Below are positions 23,650 to 38,441 of a stretch of 64,000 nt of DNA, one piece after another (positions within the stretch are counted from its first letter, which is position 1; every line of letters starts with the position of its first letter). Location: the NCBI GenBank assembly GCA_002269645.1, contig NIVC01001580.1, forward strand, positions 1 to 64,000, written 5' to 3'. Made by a program: the position numbers and the translations under genes. This stretch comes from Macrostomum lignano. Lineage: Eukaryota. The notes beneath the pieces are model-generated. The model was given only the letters and a program-made list of their open reading frames with translations, was not told the origin of the DNA and did not search any database.

Positions 23650-26078
23650 TTTAACGTAAAAAATGCGTAAAAACTGTGAAAAATTGTATTTTCTTATGAA
23701 AAAATGCTCATTTCTAGCAATTTAGGCTTCAATAGCCATGTCTTTGGCTGATTTTGGGCTGGCTTGTGGATGTTTGTGTGGGGTTCATTCCTGCTTAAAA
23801 GCTGTCTAAGGTCAAGTTGAAAGCGATATTTGGACAAATTAGCTGTTGAAAGTATGGTTTCTAGTGATGAAACTACTGATTTTGATCAACAAAGTCTGCA
23901 TTTTAACGTAAAAATGCATAAAATCTGTTAAAAATTGTATTTTCTTATGAAAAAATGCTCATTTCTAGCAATTTAGGCTTCAATAGCCATGTCTTTGGCT
24001 GATTTTGGGCTGGCTTGTGGATGTTTGTGTGGGGTTCATTCCTGCTTAAAAGCTGTCTAAGGTCAAGTTGAAAGCGATATTTGGACAAATTAGCTGTTAA
24101 AAGTATGGTTTCTAGTGATGAAACTACTGATTTTGATCAACAAAGTCTGCATTTTAAGGTTAAAATCGTAAAAAAAACGGTGAAAAGCTGCATTTTAATG
24201 AAAAAAATGTGCATTTCTAGTCATTTAGCTTTCAAAATAACCTAATTTCTTGTTTGAAATTCCAACTTTACTTTGTGTGGAGAGGTCAGTGCATGATTCA
24301 TTCCTGCTTCTAACAGATTAAACCGTCTCAAAGACCAAGTCTGAACGCTTGAAGTGAGAAGGCAGGGGAGAGGCAGAATTGAATAGCCTCACGTATTTAA
24401 ATTTGTGGACTTCACTACTTCTAGTAAACGCAAGGGTGACTTATACTATTTACAAAGTTTAGAATCAAGTAAATCAGAATTGCATGCGGTGGAGACACTG
24501 ATTCATAGGCTGTGTACATTTACAAATGCAGCTGGGGTTTGTCAATGCAGGTAGAGGTTGGCGGACTCGGATTTGCTCGCGGGGGTTGATGTGTGCATTA
24601 AAAGTTGGTTTCTTGCTAACTGGGGCGGCATGGATGACGTAATCGGAGAAGAGAGGGGTTTTGAAGTTTAATATATGGTCTGTGCTGTGGAAAGATCTGT
24701 CTGTACACTGAAAATGGAGAGAGGGTCGAAATTCCTTGGCATTTAGAAGGGGGACAGAGAAAACAGGGGCGAGTGTTAAAATTTAGCTCGATTTGTTATG
24801 GGGTCTGCGCTGTGTCTGGTAAACATCGGAGGGTGGCTGTTTTCGAACAGGGTTGAATTTGACTATGGTCCGAGTTAAAGGGTGATTCAACATTCAGTAT
24901 AGGGGCTTCGAGGGGTGAGGATATACCGTAAAGCAGTAGCAGTTGATAATTACCAATTAAAGGTCTTGTATCATCCACACTGTCAATATAGAAATATAAA
25001 GCACTGCTTCAACACAGTCTTGTATTTGGGGGGCAGACTTGGGAGAGACTTGAATGACGCAACCTCCACCCCATTGCTTGGCGAGAGTTTGTACAGGCCC
25101 GCCTCTATATGAAAGTATGTGTATTTTATAAGTGATTTCGAATAAATTATCAGCATATTCAAACCTACATTCTCCGAGGGTGAAAATGTACATACCTAAT
25201 TTTTGGGGTATGTAGCGGATATGAGTATAGAGGCTATCGATGTACATATAGACTCCGACCCGTATTATTCAAATGTCTGAGAAATGTACATTGGAAATAT
25301 ACATTTACGTTGTAGGCTACACAATTAGTTGACTCATTTAGATGGGATTGTACAACTGTACTTGTAGTAGGTTTTCGAGTTGTAATTTTGGTGCGCGCGC
25401 GCGCGCTGGGGATGACACTGTAGATTAATGCACATACTGCATACATATAGAATTGGGGATAGACAATTTGAGATATGGATTAATGTACATGGGAATAATG
25501 TACATATCCAATTTGAGATAGATAGGGATTAATGTACATGGAATTAATGTACATATCCATTTTGAGATAGATAGGGATTAATGTACATGGAATTAATATG
25601 AGCACATGGATTATTACAACTACATATTGGCATATCACGCTTAGGATAGCGTTTTTGTATACTACTTACTTCATTTTCAGATAGTAGTATAATTTGCGTT
25701 TTTTGCGTCAAAACATCTGAAAACCCTGCAGTTTCTGCGTGCTACGTAGTCAAGTGCACAATTGATTCAATCGATTACTCGTTTATACGCAAAGCATCGA
25801 GAGAGTTTTTAATTGCATCGAAACTTTCTGACTATCATTGAGAATCGTGGTGACTCTAACAATTATTATTGTTACAACTAATAATAGAAAAACTACTTGA
25901 AACTGAAACTGAAACAATCTAGGGCATGTCTTACTCAACAAATTCTTACATGTATTTCATACAGTCGTCTAGCACATATATCTCAATTTAATAGTCAATC
26001 GTTGTGATGATAAATAATTAGACCGAAAATAACAAAGGGAAAAACTGATTTTTTGAGCACGTCGTTTTAAAACAAAAA
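23650..26078 (-). repeat. Right arm of 2.4-kb inverted repeat
   Basis: Reverse complement of 19020-21450 with few differences. Confidence 0.95.
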
Positions 26079-26082
26079 CAAC

Positions 26083-26300
26083 GTACACTAGTGACTGGGC
26101 GGTTCTTCACACCCAGCCTCTCTTCCCCAAGACGATGTACACTCGTGACTGGGCGGTTCCTCACACGCTAGACTCTCTTCCCCAAGACAATGTACACTCG
26201 TGACTGGGCGGTTCTTCACACCCCAGACTCTTTTCCCCAAAGCAATGTACAGTCGTGTCTGGGTGGTTCTTCACACCCAGCCTCTCTTCCCCAAAACAAT
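26083..26300. repeat. Four diverged units of the 55-bp satellite
   Basis: gtacact(a/c)gtgactgggcggttcttcacacccagcctctcttcccc, homologous to the 40225-49740 unit. Confidence 0.9.
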
Positions 26301-26864
26301 TGGCACTCAGCAGATAAGACGGTCTGTCCTACAGAAAATAAATAAATAAATAAATAAATATCGCGTCAGTTTAAACATATTTAGCATCATTGGAAGAGGC
26401 AGTCATTAAATTGAGTCCAGCTGAAGCGAGCTCTAAAGTATTTATTAACTCGTGAACAACAAAGTTCACAAACATTACAAACACGTATTGGGAACATAAA
26501 TATGTCAGGCTGCTATAATCGCTATGCATATGTTTAACAAGTTGATCTAACTCGAAGACTGCAACAACTTTAGGTGAAAAAAGATTGGAGGCACAAGCAA
26601 AAGGAACCCTTGGACAAAATTGGGATGAGATAAAGATCCCCTCAGACCCTGCGTGTGTGTCAGGCCCGGTGTCAGTCAGCCTTGATGAGGGAGCCGATGG
26701 AGCCTGGGATGCGTTGGCCCACGAGAGGGAGAGCAGAAGCCTTCCAGATCCCCGATGAAGGGGAGAACGCCTTCCAGTAGAATTGGCGAGATGCAGCAAA
26801 TATTAATTGCTGCCAGCAATGCACGGCTTTGCAGGTGAGTCACGCAGCCTTGAAGCTAATGGCA

Positions 26865-29428
<2,564 letters not shown>

Positions 29429-30328
29429 CTAAATTGTGTGATGAGTTTACATACAGGGACTTGCTAATTATTTCACTGACTATTACATCTATGGAAGAAA
29501 AAGTATCAAGGCACTCCGCATAGGCTGCTACGCTACGCAATGCTAGTTTAGAAAAACAAAAAATTAAATTTTAGTTGTATGGCTGCAAATTGTAGTCAAT
29601 TTCAGATAGCCGTATCTCCAACCCAGAAGTTGCAGTCTTAGAGAGAACAAAATTTCAAGCAACCTGCCGAAAATTTATCATGTCAAGCGCAGTTAATCCA
29701 GAATTATGAGCACTTAAATCTTAGGTGCAATGCTAACAAGTGAGCCTTCTAATAGTTTAACAAAATGGGTGTTGCTTCCAGATTACTTCTAGTGGTCCTT
29801 GCGCTGCCTACGCACTTTACCCGACTCACTATTGTAAGCTGGAGAAAATAGCTAACGCATTTGAAAGAATTTCATCTCGTCGCTTCTTGGGCATCACAGC
29901 ATCATGCCAAGGTGAAGCGCGCGACCATCTCTTTTTTCTTCTCTCTCCACTCCATCTCTCTCCACTCCAGCCCAAAAATAAACTGTACACCTATTCCAAG
30001 CTCAAACAGAATGAGTGCACTCACTTCGGCGCTCTCATTGCGGTATTAAATATGCTAAGAAGCCGGGATATTCCACACAGGATGCCGCGAATTTACGAGT
30101 TCGGAAATCCAAGATATCCGGCCTGAACAAAACCGGGAAACCTAACGTTTTTGTGAGTGGCAAAGATTTCGCTTTCGTCCCTCTTGCATATCCCTGAATT
30201 AAAACTGCATTATTGAATATATATACAGGTGAATTCACAGCAGTGTGTGTGCAATAAGCAGTGGCTACCGCACTGCTCAAGAAGCATTCTATCTGGAAAA
30301 TACAAATACTCCAAAATTGCTGCCCAAC

Positions 30329-31516
30329 ATGAGCAATTATAACAAGCTCGCCATCGGACTGGTTGTTCTCGCCCTGAGCCTGATTGCAGCCGCTGACTGG
30401 GCAGGTGAGAGCTAAAAGAAGGTCCCACATTTCCAAGAGTATTATCTTCTTTGAACCAGGTACCGCACAGATAGCTTTGTGCAAGCCTCTGATACCGCTT
30501 TGAACCGATTTCAGACCAGCCAGATTCAGACAAGCCAGCTTATCTGAAAAACTACCATCCAGTTTTCGGCTGGGACTGCATCGAGTCCAAGTACGTTTCA
30601 AGATTCGTTTTCATAAAATCGCGCAAGAGATGCGCAGCAGTCTGCAATTTATTCAAGACCTGCCAAGCCTTCACAACGATGGGTGGACACTGCAGACTGT
30701 TTTTGTTTGACAAGTGCAGCAAGAACGTGCGCAAGTGCAGCTGCAATCGCGCCGCCAGGCTGTACGTGAGGCGACAGCCGGGCTTGCGACCGGGCGCCTT
30801 GTGTCCGGCCGACTTTCATCACGACAGGTGCGTGCGTTTTTGCTTCGCTTAGCGCCCTGGGGTGTCTTTTGGGTTTCCTGTGTGCCAGCAAGCGAGTAGG
30901 AAGTGTTGCCGCTTTGCTGACCCATTGGCCGCCCTCGGTGCTTTGTCACTCTGTGCTTTCGGGTTGGTCCTCATAAACTCGAATTCCATGAATAGCCCCA
31001 GGCTGATTTTAACGAATCAAGAATCGAACGCAGTGTCCTTGTTACGAGAGTCAAAGGCGATAACGCTTCTCTACGCAACCCGTCGCCAGGTGTGGCGTGA
31101 AGTACAAGTTCGTTCGGCCGCGCTCGCGTCGCTGGGACTCGGCCTTGGCCAGCTGCAACGCGGAGCGGGGACTCACCATCATGGCCGAGCCGATCGACAG
31201 GGCCAAGTACTTTTACTTGAGGGAGCTGCATGCCAGATGGTTCAGACGGCCACGGGATTCCTGGAGCTTCTTCCTCGGAGGCCGTCAAGATCCCGGAAGC
31301 AAGGAACCGGCAGGCGGCTGGTTTTGGCACACCTGCCGGATCCCCATCGATCCCAGTCTGTGGCAGAAAGGAGAGCCTAGCGGAGGAACTGAGCATTATG
31401 CCTGCAGATGGAAAGGCTTTTCATTGCTGAACGACTGTCCGATGTCTCTGAAAAACAGCTATGACTACATAGATGGCACGTTTTGTGAATGCCTGTCACC
31501 ATTCGACATAGAATAG
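30329..31516 (+). CDS. Secreted PAN/apple-like plus C-type lectin protein, 271 aa; exons 30329-30404, 30515-30827, 31090-31516
   Basis: Signal peptide MSNYNKLAIGLVVLALSLIAAADWA; exon 2 CAAVCNLFKTCQAFTTMGGHCRLF; exon 3 WDSALASC, FFLGG, EPAGGWFW, WQKGEPSG, LNDCP, FCEC. GT-AG sites in phases 1 and 2; 816 nt open frame. Confidence 0.85.
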
Positions 31517-31754
31517 TGATTCTCTCCTCGAAGGCTCTACGCCTACTGTAGTTTACTAAAATGAACTTTTCGTCACTTGAGTTTGGAAACGCTCTAAATT
31601 TAGAAGATATTAGTAGTTCACGTTGTCGAAACTTTTAATCGACACAGTTTCGACATTCGAAGACATTCGAGTCGAAGACATTTTTTTGAATTTTATTATT
31701 CCAGACTCCAGCGATTTGGAGCTGCTCCAGTTTCGCCCAACTCAAATTCAATTA

Positions 31755-32240
31755 ACCCATTGGCCGCCCTCGGTGCTTTGTCACTCTGTGCTTTCAAGAT
31801 CCTGGAAGCAAGGAACCGGCAGGCGGTTGGTTTTGGCACACCTGCCGGATCCCCATTGATCCCAGTCTGTGGCAGAAAGGACAGCCTGATAATTATAACG
31901 ATAAAGGCATGTATGAAAATTTTGCGTGCAGTGTGAAGGTATTTCCATTGCTGAACGACTCTCCGATGTTTCTGAGAAGCAAACATCGCCATGTAGATGG
32001 CACGTTTTGTGAATGCCTGTCACTATTTGACATAGAATAGTGATTCTCACTTCAAAGGCTTTACGCCTAGTGTGGGTTACTAAACTGAACTTTTCGTCAC
32101 TTGAGTTCGGAAACGCTCTAAATTGAGAAGATATTAGTAGTTCACTTTGTTGAAACTTTTAATTCAAATATTTATTCAAGACATTCTTTGAATTTTATTA
32201 ATCCAGACTCCAGCGATTGGAGCTGCTTCAGTTTCGCGCA
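31755..32240 (+). pseudogene. Truncated diverged duplicate of lectin intron-2 piece fused to 3' half of exon 3 and 3' flank
   Basis: 31760-31795 matches 30925-30960 and joins aagatcc(t)ggaagcaagg matching 31287 onward; contains stops. Confidence 0.8.
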
Positions 32241-32499
32241 ACTCAAATTCAGTTAATATGCAAAGTGTGCCTGGTGAAATTGTTCAATCCAATGCTAAAT
32301 CTGCTGTATTTTCAAATATAGACTCGATTACTAAAGAAATAAAGGTCTGTCCAGAATCAACCCTGTTTGATGCCAAACTAGAATGCGTTTAAATACGAGC
32401 AAGTTTACATAAATAACTTCTACGGAGTACATTATAACATTTGTGAGAGGACACAAACAGTGACTTATTTGGCGGTCGCTTATCCTGCACTCTGACCTT

Positions 32500-33600
32500 T
32501 GCCTCAAGGTTCTCGAGGAGTGTAGCGGGCTCAACATCCTCACTACCCTCCTCCAGAGCCAAAGGTATAAGGTGACTATTCAGCCTTGACACGAGGCGAG
32601 TGACAGCTGGAGCGATTCCGAAGCCGACTGTTACACTGACGGCTCTATGAGGCATGGTCTTTCAGGCTTCGGAGCTTGCCTCTTCTTTAAGGAAGAAGTT
32701 GTGTGGAGCTACTCCCAGCACACTGGGCTCAACTCCAGTGTTTTTCGAGCGATGTGCTTGCCATCAGCTCCTGCGCGGCAGAGCTGCGCCGAAGGCAGCT
32801 TAGCGGTCGGATTTTTCACTCCGACAGTCAAGCAGCCCTTCGGGCCCTCTGCCGCAGCACCACCAGCTCCAGGTCCGTACTGGACTGCAACCCCAGATCA
32901 ACGGGCTTGCGCCAGGCAACCAGGTGGAGCTCAGATGGATCCCGGGCCACGCCGGTTTCCTCAACAATGAGCGCGCCGACCTGCTGGCCAAAGCTGGCTC
33001 CGCCGGCGTGCTGCTGGGGCCAGGCCCGGGGCCCCCATCCCCGCCTCGGTGATCAACTCCCGCGTTAAGCGCTGGACTGACTCCGAGCATCTCCGCAGGT
33101 GGCACGACCCCCGGAATTGTAGGCAATCCCGTGCGGCCGTCCACTGCCCCTCTCCTCTCCTGCGTAGAGCCCTCCTCAGGCTCAACCGCAGAGACCTCAG
33201 AGCAGTTAGCATGGCCCTCTCCGGGCATGGCTGCTTCTCTCGCCACCGCTTCCTCCAGGGCCAAGTACCCGAGGAGCGGTGCCCCTTCTGCCGCTCAGGC
33301 AGTGAAAACGCCGAGCATTTTATCTGCCACTGCCCGGTTTTCACCAGGGCCAGGCTCACTCACCTCCGACCAAACCTGGTTCTCTCCGACGTTTGCAAAC
33401 CCGAGAGCATCCCGCTGCTCGCCCGGTACATCAGGGACACGGGACGAGCTGAGTTCTTCCCCACCGTCGGTGAGGAGGACCGCGCTGTGGGTGAGACCGA
33501 CAAGTCCCCATGAGCGACATCACTTCAACGGAAGTCATTGGTCGCCAGGGACTAGCTGAATGGGCGGTCTCCTCCGCCTCCTCGCTGCATCCGCCGGACG
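32500..33600 (+). mobile_element. 3' fragment of RNase H-bearing non-LTR retrotransposon (I/LOA/R1 group)
   Basis: CYTDGS, HSDSQAALRAL, W(I)PGH-G--NERADLLAK, then LSGHG...CPFCRSGSENAEHFICHCP zinc knuckle; frameshifted. Confidence 0.8.
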
Positions 33601-33699
33601 CCCCATGAAGCTAGGTCACGTAAGTCAAGACATATTTGGCGAGTGCAAATTGAAAAACTGCAATATTTTCTCCATGTTTTCTTGCTATCGTTACTCTCT

Positions 33700-36073
33700 G
33701 AGTAGGGTGTGTTAGACTCGCCGGAGAGTCCCGCTGTACATGCCTCTGTACTACGGCGGGGGTTGAGGTATGAGGGTGTTGGCCTTGCCAGCCGGCTCAA
33801 AGCCTCTGCACCCCGGCCCGGCTTGTCTCTGCCGCCAGCCCAAAGCGACTCAACGTGTGCCAAGTCAAGCCAATTCAAGCCTGAGCTGCAAGACTGCAAG
33901 CTGCAAAAAACAGCTCGCAAAACGGTTGTCCACTGCACTCGGCTTAGAGCAAGCTGACGAAGACTTCAACGACTCCAAGATGACTTCTTCTACTCCTGAC
34001 GCCGAGGACAGCATCGGCGCCTCCGGGGGCGGGAGCGACCGGCTGGCGGCGCTGCAGTAGGATGTGGCGTTGCTCGAACTGCAAGTCCTGGAAGGCCGTC
34101 GTCAGGATCTTCAGCAACAGCTTCACACTCAGCAGCGCTTGACGGCTCAGCATCATCATCAGGTGAGCAAAAATTCAAATGCCGGTCTGCAGTTGCCCGA
34201 GGTTTTTGAACCTGAGATAAGGGAGGCGGCTCAGCTTCATGCCGCTAATTTTCAGGCTCCGAGTCGCAAGCTGCATCTGGCCCGAGACTTCATCGAGCTA
34301 TCCAGAAGACCCGGCTCAGCTAGTCAGGAGCAGTTGGTCGCTACATTAGAGAATTGCTCTCACACATTCAAAAAGCAGGAGCCGAAGCTGTCCTTGAGTA
34401 CAATCACAAGATTGGAGATTTTCTGGCTGCTGAGTACCCGGAGTCCGTAATCTGAGAGTTTGACGGGGACTACTGGAGGCTGGTGGCGGAGACGGGCATG
34501 GCGTGGGGTGAGGAGACCCCTCAGCTGAACCAAAAGCACCTCAACGCCCCCAGAAACCTGCGGTTCACGTTCGCTAAGCAGCCCAGCCAAATCCCGGCAG
34601 CAGCCAGGCCGATCTGTCTGCGCTTCAACTCCGAGTCCGGGTGCACCCGCCAGTACTGCAAGTTCCGCCACGTCTGCAAAATCCAAGGCTGCTTGGCATC
34701 GCACCCGGCTCATGCCCACACGCAGTCGCCCCATCCATCTCTCACCGAACAGCTGTCAGGTCACGTGACTGGTGCGAGTGGAAAAACTGATACCATTTTA
34801 TCCAGCTGACTGCTCAGCTTTATTCTGAGTTTTTTGTTTGCTGCCCATCTCGTCTGACCTGCAACCTGACGCCTGGAGTGCTCTGCTCAGCGACGACCCA
34901 GACTGCGACTTTCTGATGCAAGACGTCGTCAGCGGTTTCGCTCTCACCAATGCTGGCCAGCCACCTTTGACTTCGTCCAAGAACCACGCCTCCGCCCTTG
35001 CTGCACCGCTCTGCTGTCGAAGCCCAGGTCGAGGATTAGCTGCGCCTTGGGAGGTACATCCGGTGGAGCGGCCAGATCAACTTAAGTCAGCCCCATCGGC
35101 GCCCTTCCCAAGTCCGACGGGCGGGTCCGCCTGATCCATGACCTGTCCTATCCGACCGGCCAGGCTGTCAAGGACTTCTACGACCAACAGAAGCACATCA
35201 AGTACTGCACTGTCCTGCAGCTGGTCCGTCATCTCCGTCCGGGACACTACATGGCCAAAAGCGCCTACAGGTCCGTGCCAATCAGGCCTGTTGACTACCG
35301 GCTCGTCGGCCTCGCCTTGCGGTTTGACTCGGACAGGCAGGACAGTCTGCTCTGCGACACCAGGCTTTCCTTTGGCGCCAAAGCTGCTTGCGAAGTTTTC
35401 CAACGCCGCTGTTACCAGGCAAATGCACTTGCTAGGCTTTTCTGCTACGGTGAACTACCTGGATTACTGGGCAGTTGCTGGGAAATCTGAGTCCGAGGCT
35501 TTTGCTGCTTTCAATTGCCTGCTGGACATCTTGCAGCACCTCTGCTTGACCATCAACTGGGATAAGGTTGTCAGGCCTACGCAATGCATCGACTTCCTTG
35601 ACGTGCGCATCAACACCGCTACCGACACCAAGTCGCTGCTCGAGGAGAAGAATCTCGAGGCGACGAAGCTGCTGACTCAAACCTGCTCGGAGACTCGGGT
35701 GCACCTGCGTTCTGCTCAGAAGCTGATTGGCAAGCTTTGCTGGTTCTGTCAGATTGTCCCTCATGTCAGAGTCTTCCTGCGTCCGCCTTCGACTGGCTGA
35801 CAACTGCTGTTGTCTGCAAGCTTTGGGTGACCGATGAGACCCGCGCCAACCTGTCCTGGTGGCTCAGAGCCCTGGCTTGGCTCTCCCGGTGGCTTTGTGG
35901 CCGCGCTTTGATGAGGAGTTTGCCATGGAGACTGACAGCAGCCGGTCGGGAGCAGCCGCAGTCATCTGGGGTGCCGAGAGTTTCTGGAGTGCCATTGACT
36001 GGGAGCTGGACTGCGGTGGTGTGTTCAAGGATTTTCATATCAACTTCAAGGAGGCTCCGGCACCTTTGCTGAT
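33700..36073 (+). mobile_element. Decayed DIRS-order retrotransposon, 5' part (gag with Cys/His finger, RT, start of RNase H); 5' boundary approximate
   Basis: CLRFNSESGCTRQYCKFRHVCKIQGCLASH; W..LLSDDPDCDFL...GF; AKSAYRSVPI, DTRLSFG, NYLDYWAV; ETDSS...HINFKE. Multiple frameshifts. Confidence 0.85.
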
Positions 36074-36270
36074 TGTAGTGAGCGAGAGAAAGCCAGTCAG
36101 GTTTAGTCCAAAAAACAAAATTCAAACCCTCACCCGAAGGGTGGAGCTATTCTTATATTTACTCGAGAACACATGTACATATACAAACAGAGCGCGCATG
36201 TACATCGCATCCCTTGACCCCCAAACACCGACTAGCAAAACAAACCAGTGAGTAAACTCACTTTACAACA
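36074..36270 (-). repeat. 3' LTR
   Basis: tgtagtgagcg...ctttacaaca. Confidence 0.95.
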
Positions 36271-36718
36271 TTCACCCTCCTACTTAACAGTCACTAATTC
36301 CCTTCACAGCTGGCAATCAATGCGTCACGACCTGGCCGTACCACAACGGTGGTGCCCGCAGTCGCGTACTGCGCCGCAGCTCCGCGTCGGCCTCAGCGGT
36401 CGCCAGCGGCGGGTCCGTCGGGCCTTCTGGCGCTGCCGGCTCTGCAGCCACTGGCGGCTGTGGCGGCATTGCCGTTGCCGAAGTCGTGCTGGCACCCTCG
36501 GGCTCCGCATGAGGCATACAGAGGCTGGTGTGCCACCTTGAGCCGTCCTCTAACCTGACGATCGTCTGGCTGATGATGTCGCTGACCCGTAGAGGTGGTG
36601 ACACGTGGCTCTGCAGCTTGCCTCGCATCCGCGGAGATCGCACTCGCACCAGGTCGCCGACCCGGAATTGGGGCGGTCGGGTTCTTTGAGCACTTGAACT
36701 TCTTTTGAACCGACTCTC

Positions 36719-38164
36719 TTAAGCTGAGCGGCACTCTGCGCAACGGTTGAGCAGTCGTTGCACCGCGGGGTTGACTCGCGGCCTGTGCTGAAATCCTTTG
36801 ATGTGTCCGAGTCCCTGAGTCAACTGGTCGAACCGGCCTGGGATCCAGTCAGGCAGGGCTCTGGTGCCGACTGTCTGCACTCGCTCACCGTCTGCAGTGA
36901 CGATCCGCAGTCCCAGCTGATCCATGAGGTCGCACCCCAGGATGTCAGATCCGGTATTGACCACGCTAAGGTTGACGTAAGGCATTAAGTCAAGTACTTT
37001 GTCCTTGAGTTGCACCGAGGTCAGGATGTCACCAAGCACGCAGATCTTGCTGCCGTTGAAAGCGACCAGCTTCCGTGATGACGCCTGCAGGGGCACGTTG
37101 GACAGAAGTCTGTTGTACGTCGTCTTGGTGATGATGGAGACTCGCGAACCGGAGTCAACGAGCAGCTTGACAGGCCTCCCGTTCAGCAGCACTTCGCAGT
37201 GCTTGCTTGCTGCCGCAGCTGTCGACACAGTGCAGATGGAGTACTCATCCTGAAGCTGCCGCACTCGGTTGCCGCTCCTGCAGACTCTGGCAAAGTGCCC
37301 GCGCTTGCCGCAGGACTTGAACTTCTGCCCATTCGCTGGGCAAGTCTGTCCACGGAAATGCGCCGCTGAGCCACAGTAGCCGCAGCTCCGGCCGTCGGTT
37401 GTCGGCTTCAGTGCCTCGTGCTGTCTTGCCGCCGCTCCACTGTTCTTGGCCTTGCTGATCTGCTGGACTCCACACGAGCTGCTTGGGTCTGCGTGGCTGC
37501 CTCCCTTGATGGCCTGGGCCTCCAGCAGTCCAGTTTCCAGTCGCTCCGCCGACTGCACAGCTGTCGCCAAGGTCAGCTCCGGCTCCATAAGCAGTCGCTC
37601 CCTGATGTGGTTGCTGAGCACTTTCTCGACGAGCTGGTCACGCAGCATCTCCTCCTGGAAGGTCTTGAAGTCGCAGTTTGAAGCCAGGTTTCGCAGCGCG
37701 GCAACGAAGTCGCTGATCTTCTCGCCCGGTCGCTGAGCTCTCTGTCGGAATCTGTGCCTCTCAGAAACTACGTTGACCTTGGGTCTGAAGTGCGTGTCCA
37801 GGAGCTCCAGCGTGTCATCAACTGTTGATGGCGGTTGCTCTCCTTCCTCCTGATTGCTGCTGGCCTGTAGAGACATGTAGATGTTTTGTCCCTCTGCACC
37901 CAAACAGTGGATGAGCAACGCTTGTTTTCTTTGCTCCGGCAGATCGATGGCTCCCGATGCTAGCAGGTAATTGCTGAACATTGCTTTCCATCGGTTCCAT
38001 TCAATCAGCGGTGCTCCAGCGGCTGGCAGAAACGGCTGCGGTGGCGAAATGTTGATACTCATTCTGTTGGCTGTATCTCTGCTTGACTGTTGGGCTGCTG
38101 CTTGTTGGGACCCTCGCTGTGGGTCGCCAATTGCACTTGCATTTGCGCCTTCTGTGCTGCTCAT
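36719..38164 (-). CDS. Gag-protease of the LTR element (481 aa), running into a truncated RT start
   Basis: Gag core (W..W...F.NYL, RFRQRAQRPGE, MLRDQLV), zinc knuckles (second SCGKRGHFARVC lacks first Cys), aspartic protease LLVDSGSRVSII. Confidence 0.9.
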   Translation of the reverse strand: MSSTEGANASAIGDPQRGSQQAAAQQSSRDTANRMSINISPPQPFLPAAGAPLIEWNRWKAMFSNYLLASGAIDLPEQRKQALLIHCLGAEGQNIYMSLQASSNQEEGEQPPSTVDDTLELLDTHFRPKVNVVSERHRFRQRAQRPGEKISDFVAALRNLASNCDFKTFQEEMLRDQLVEKVLSNHIRERLLMEPELTLATAVQSAERLETGLLEAQAIKGGSHADPSSSCGVQQISKAKNSGAAARQHEALKPTTDGRSCGYCGSAAHFRGQTCPANGQKFKSCGKRGHFARVCRSGNRVRQLQDEYSICTVSTAAAASKHCEVLLNGRPVKLLVDSGSRVSIITKTTYNRLLSNVPLQASSRKLVAFNGSKICVLGDILTSVQLKDKVLDLMPYVNLSVVNTGSDILGCDLMDQLGLRIVTADGERVQTVGTRALPDWIPGRFDQLTQGLGHIKGFQHRPRVNPAVQRLLNRCAECRSA

Positions 38165-38244
38165 GACTTGGCAGATTTTAGAGTTCGCGCTTGTGCTGAA
38201 TCACGCTGGCCCAAATCAATTGATTTCTCCACGCGACGCCAAAA

Positions 38245-38441
38245 TGTAGTGAGCGAGAGAAAGCCAGTCAGGTTTAGTCCAAAAAACAAAATTCAAACCC
38301 TCACCCGAAGGGTGGAGCTATTCTTATATTTACTCGAAAACGCATGTACATATACAAACAGAGCGCGCATGTACATCGCATCCCTTGACCCCCAAACACC
38401 GACTAGCAAAACAAACCAGTGAGTAAACTCACTTTACAACA
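38245..38441 (-). repeat. 5' LTR
   Basis: Matches 36074-36270. Confidence 0.95.

Larger units (their letters stand above)
36074..38441 (-). mobile_element. Internally deleted Ty3/Gypsy LTR retrotransposon (2368 bp)
   Basis: 197-bp LTRs TG...CA at 36074-36270 and 38245-38441 (2 mismatches); 5-bp TSD CTGAT; PBS-like TGGCGTCGCGTGGAG; PPT AGGAGGGTGAA. Confidence 0.95.
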
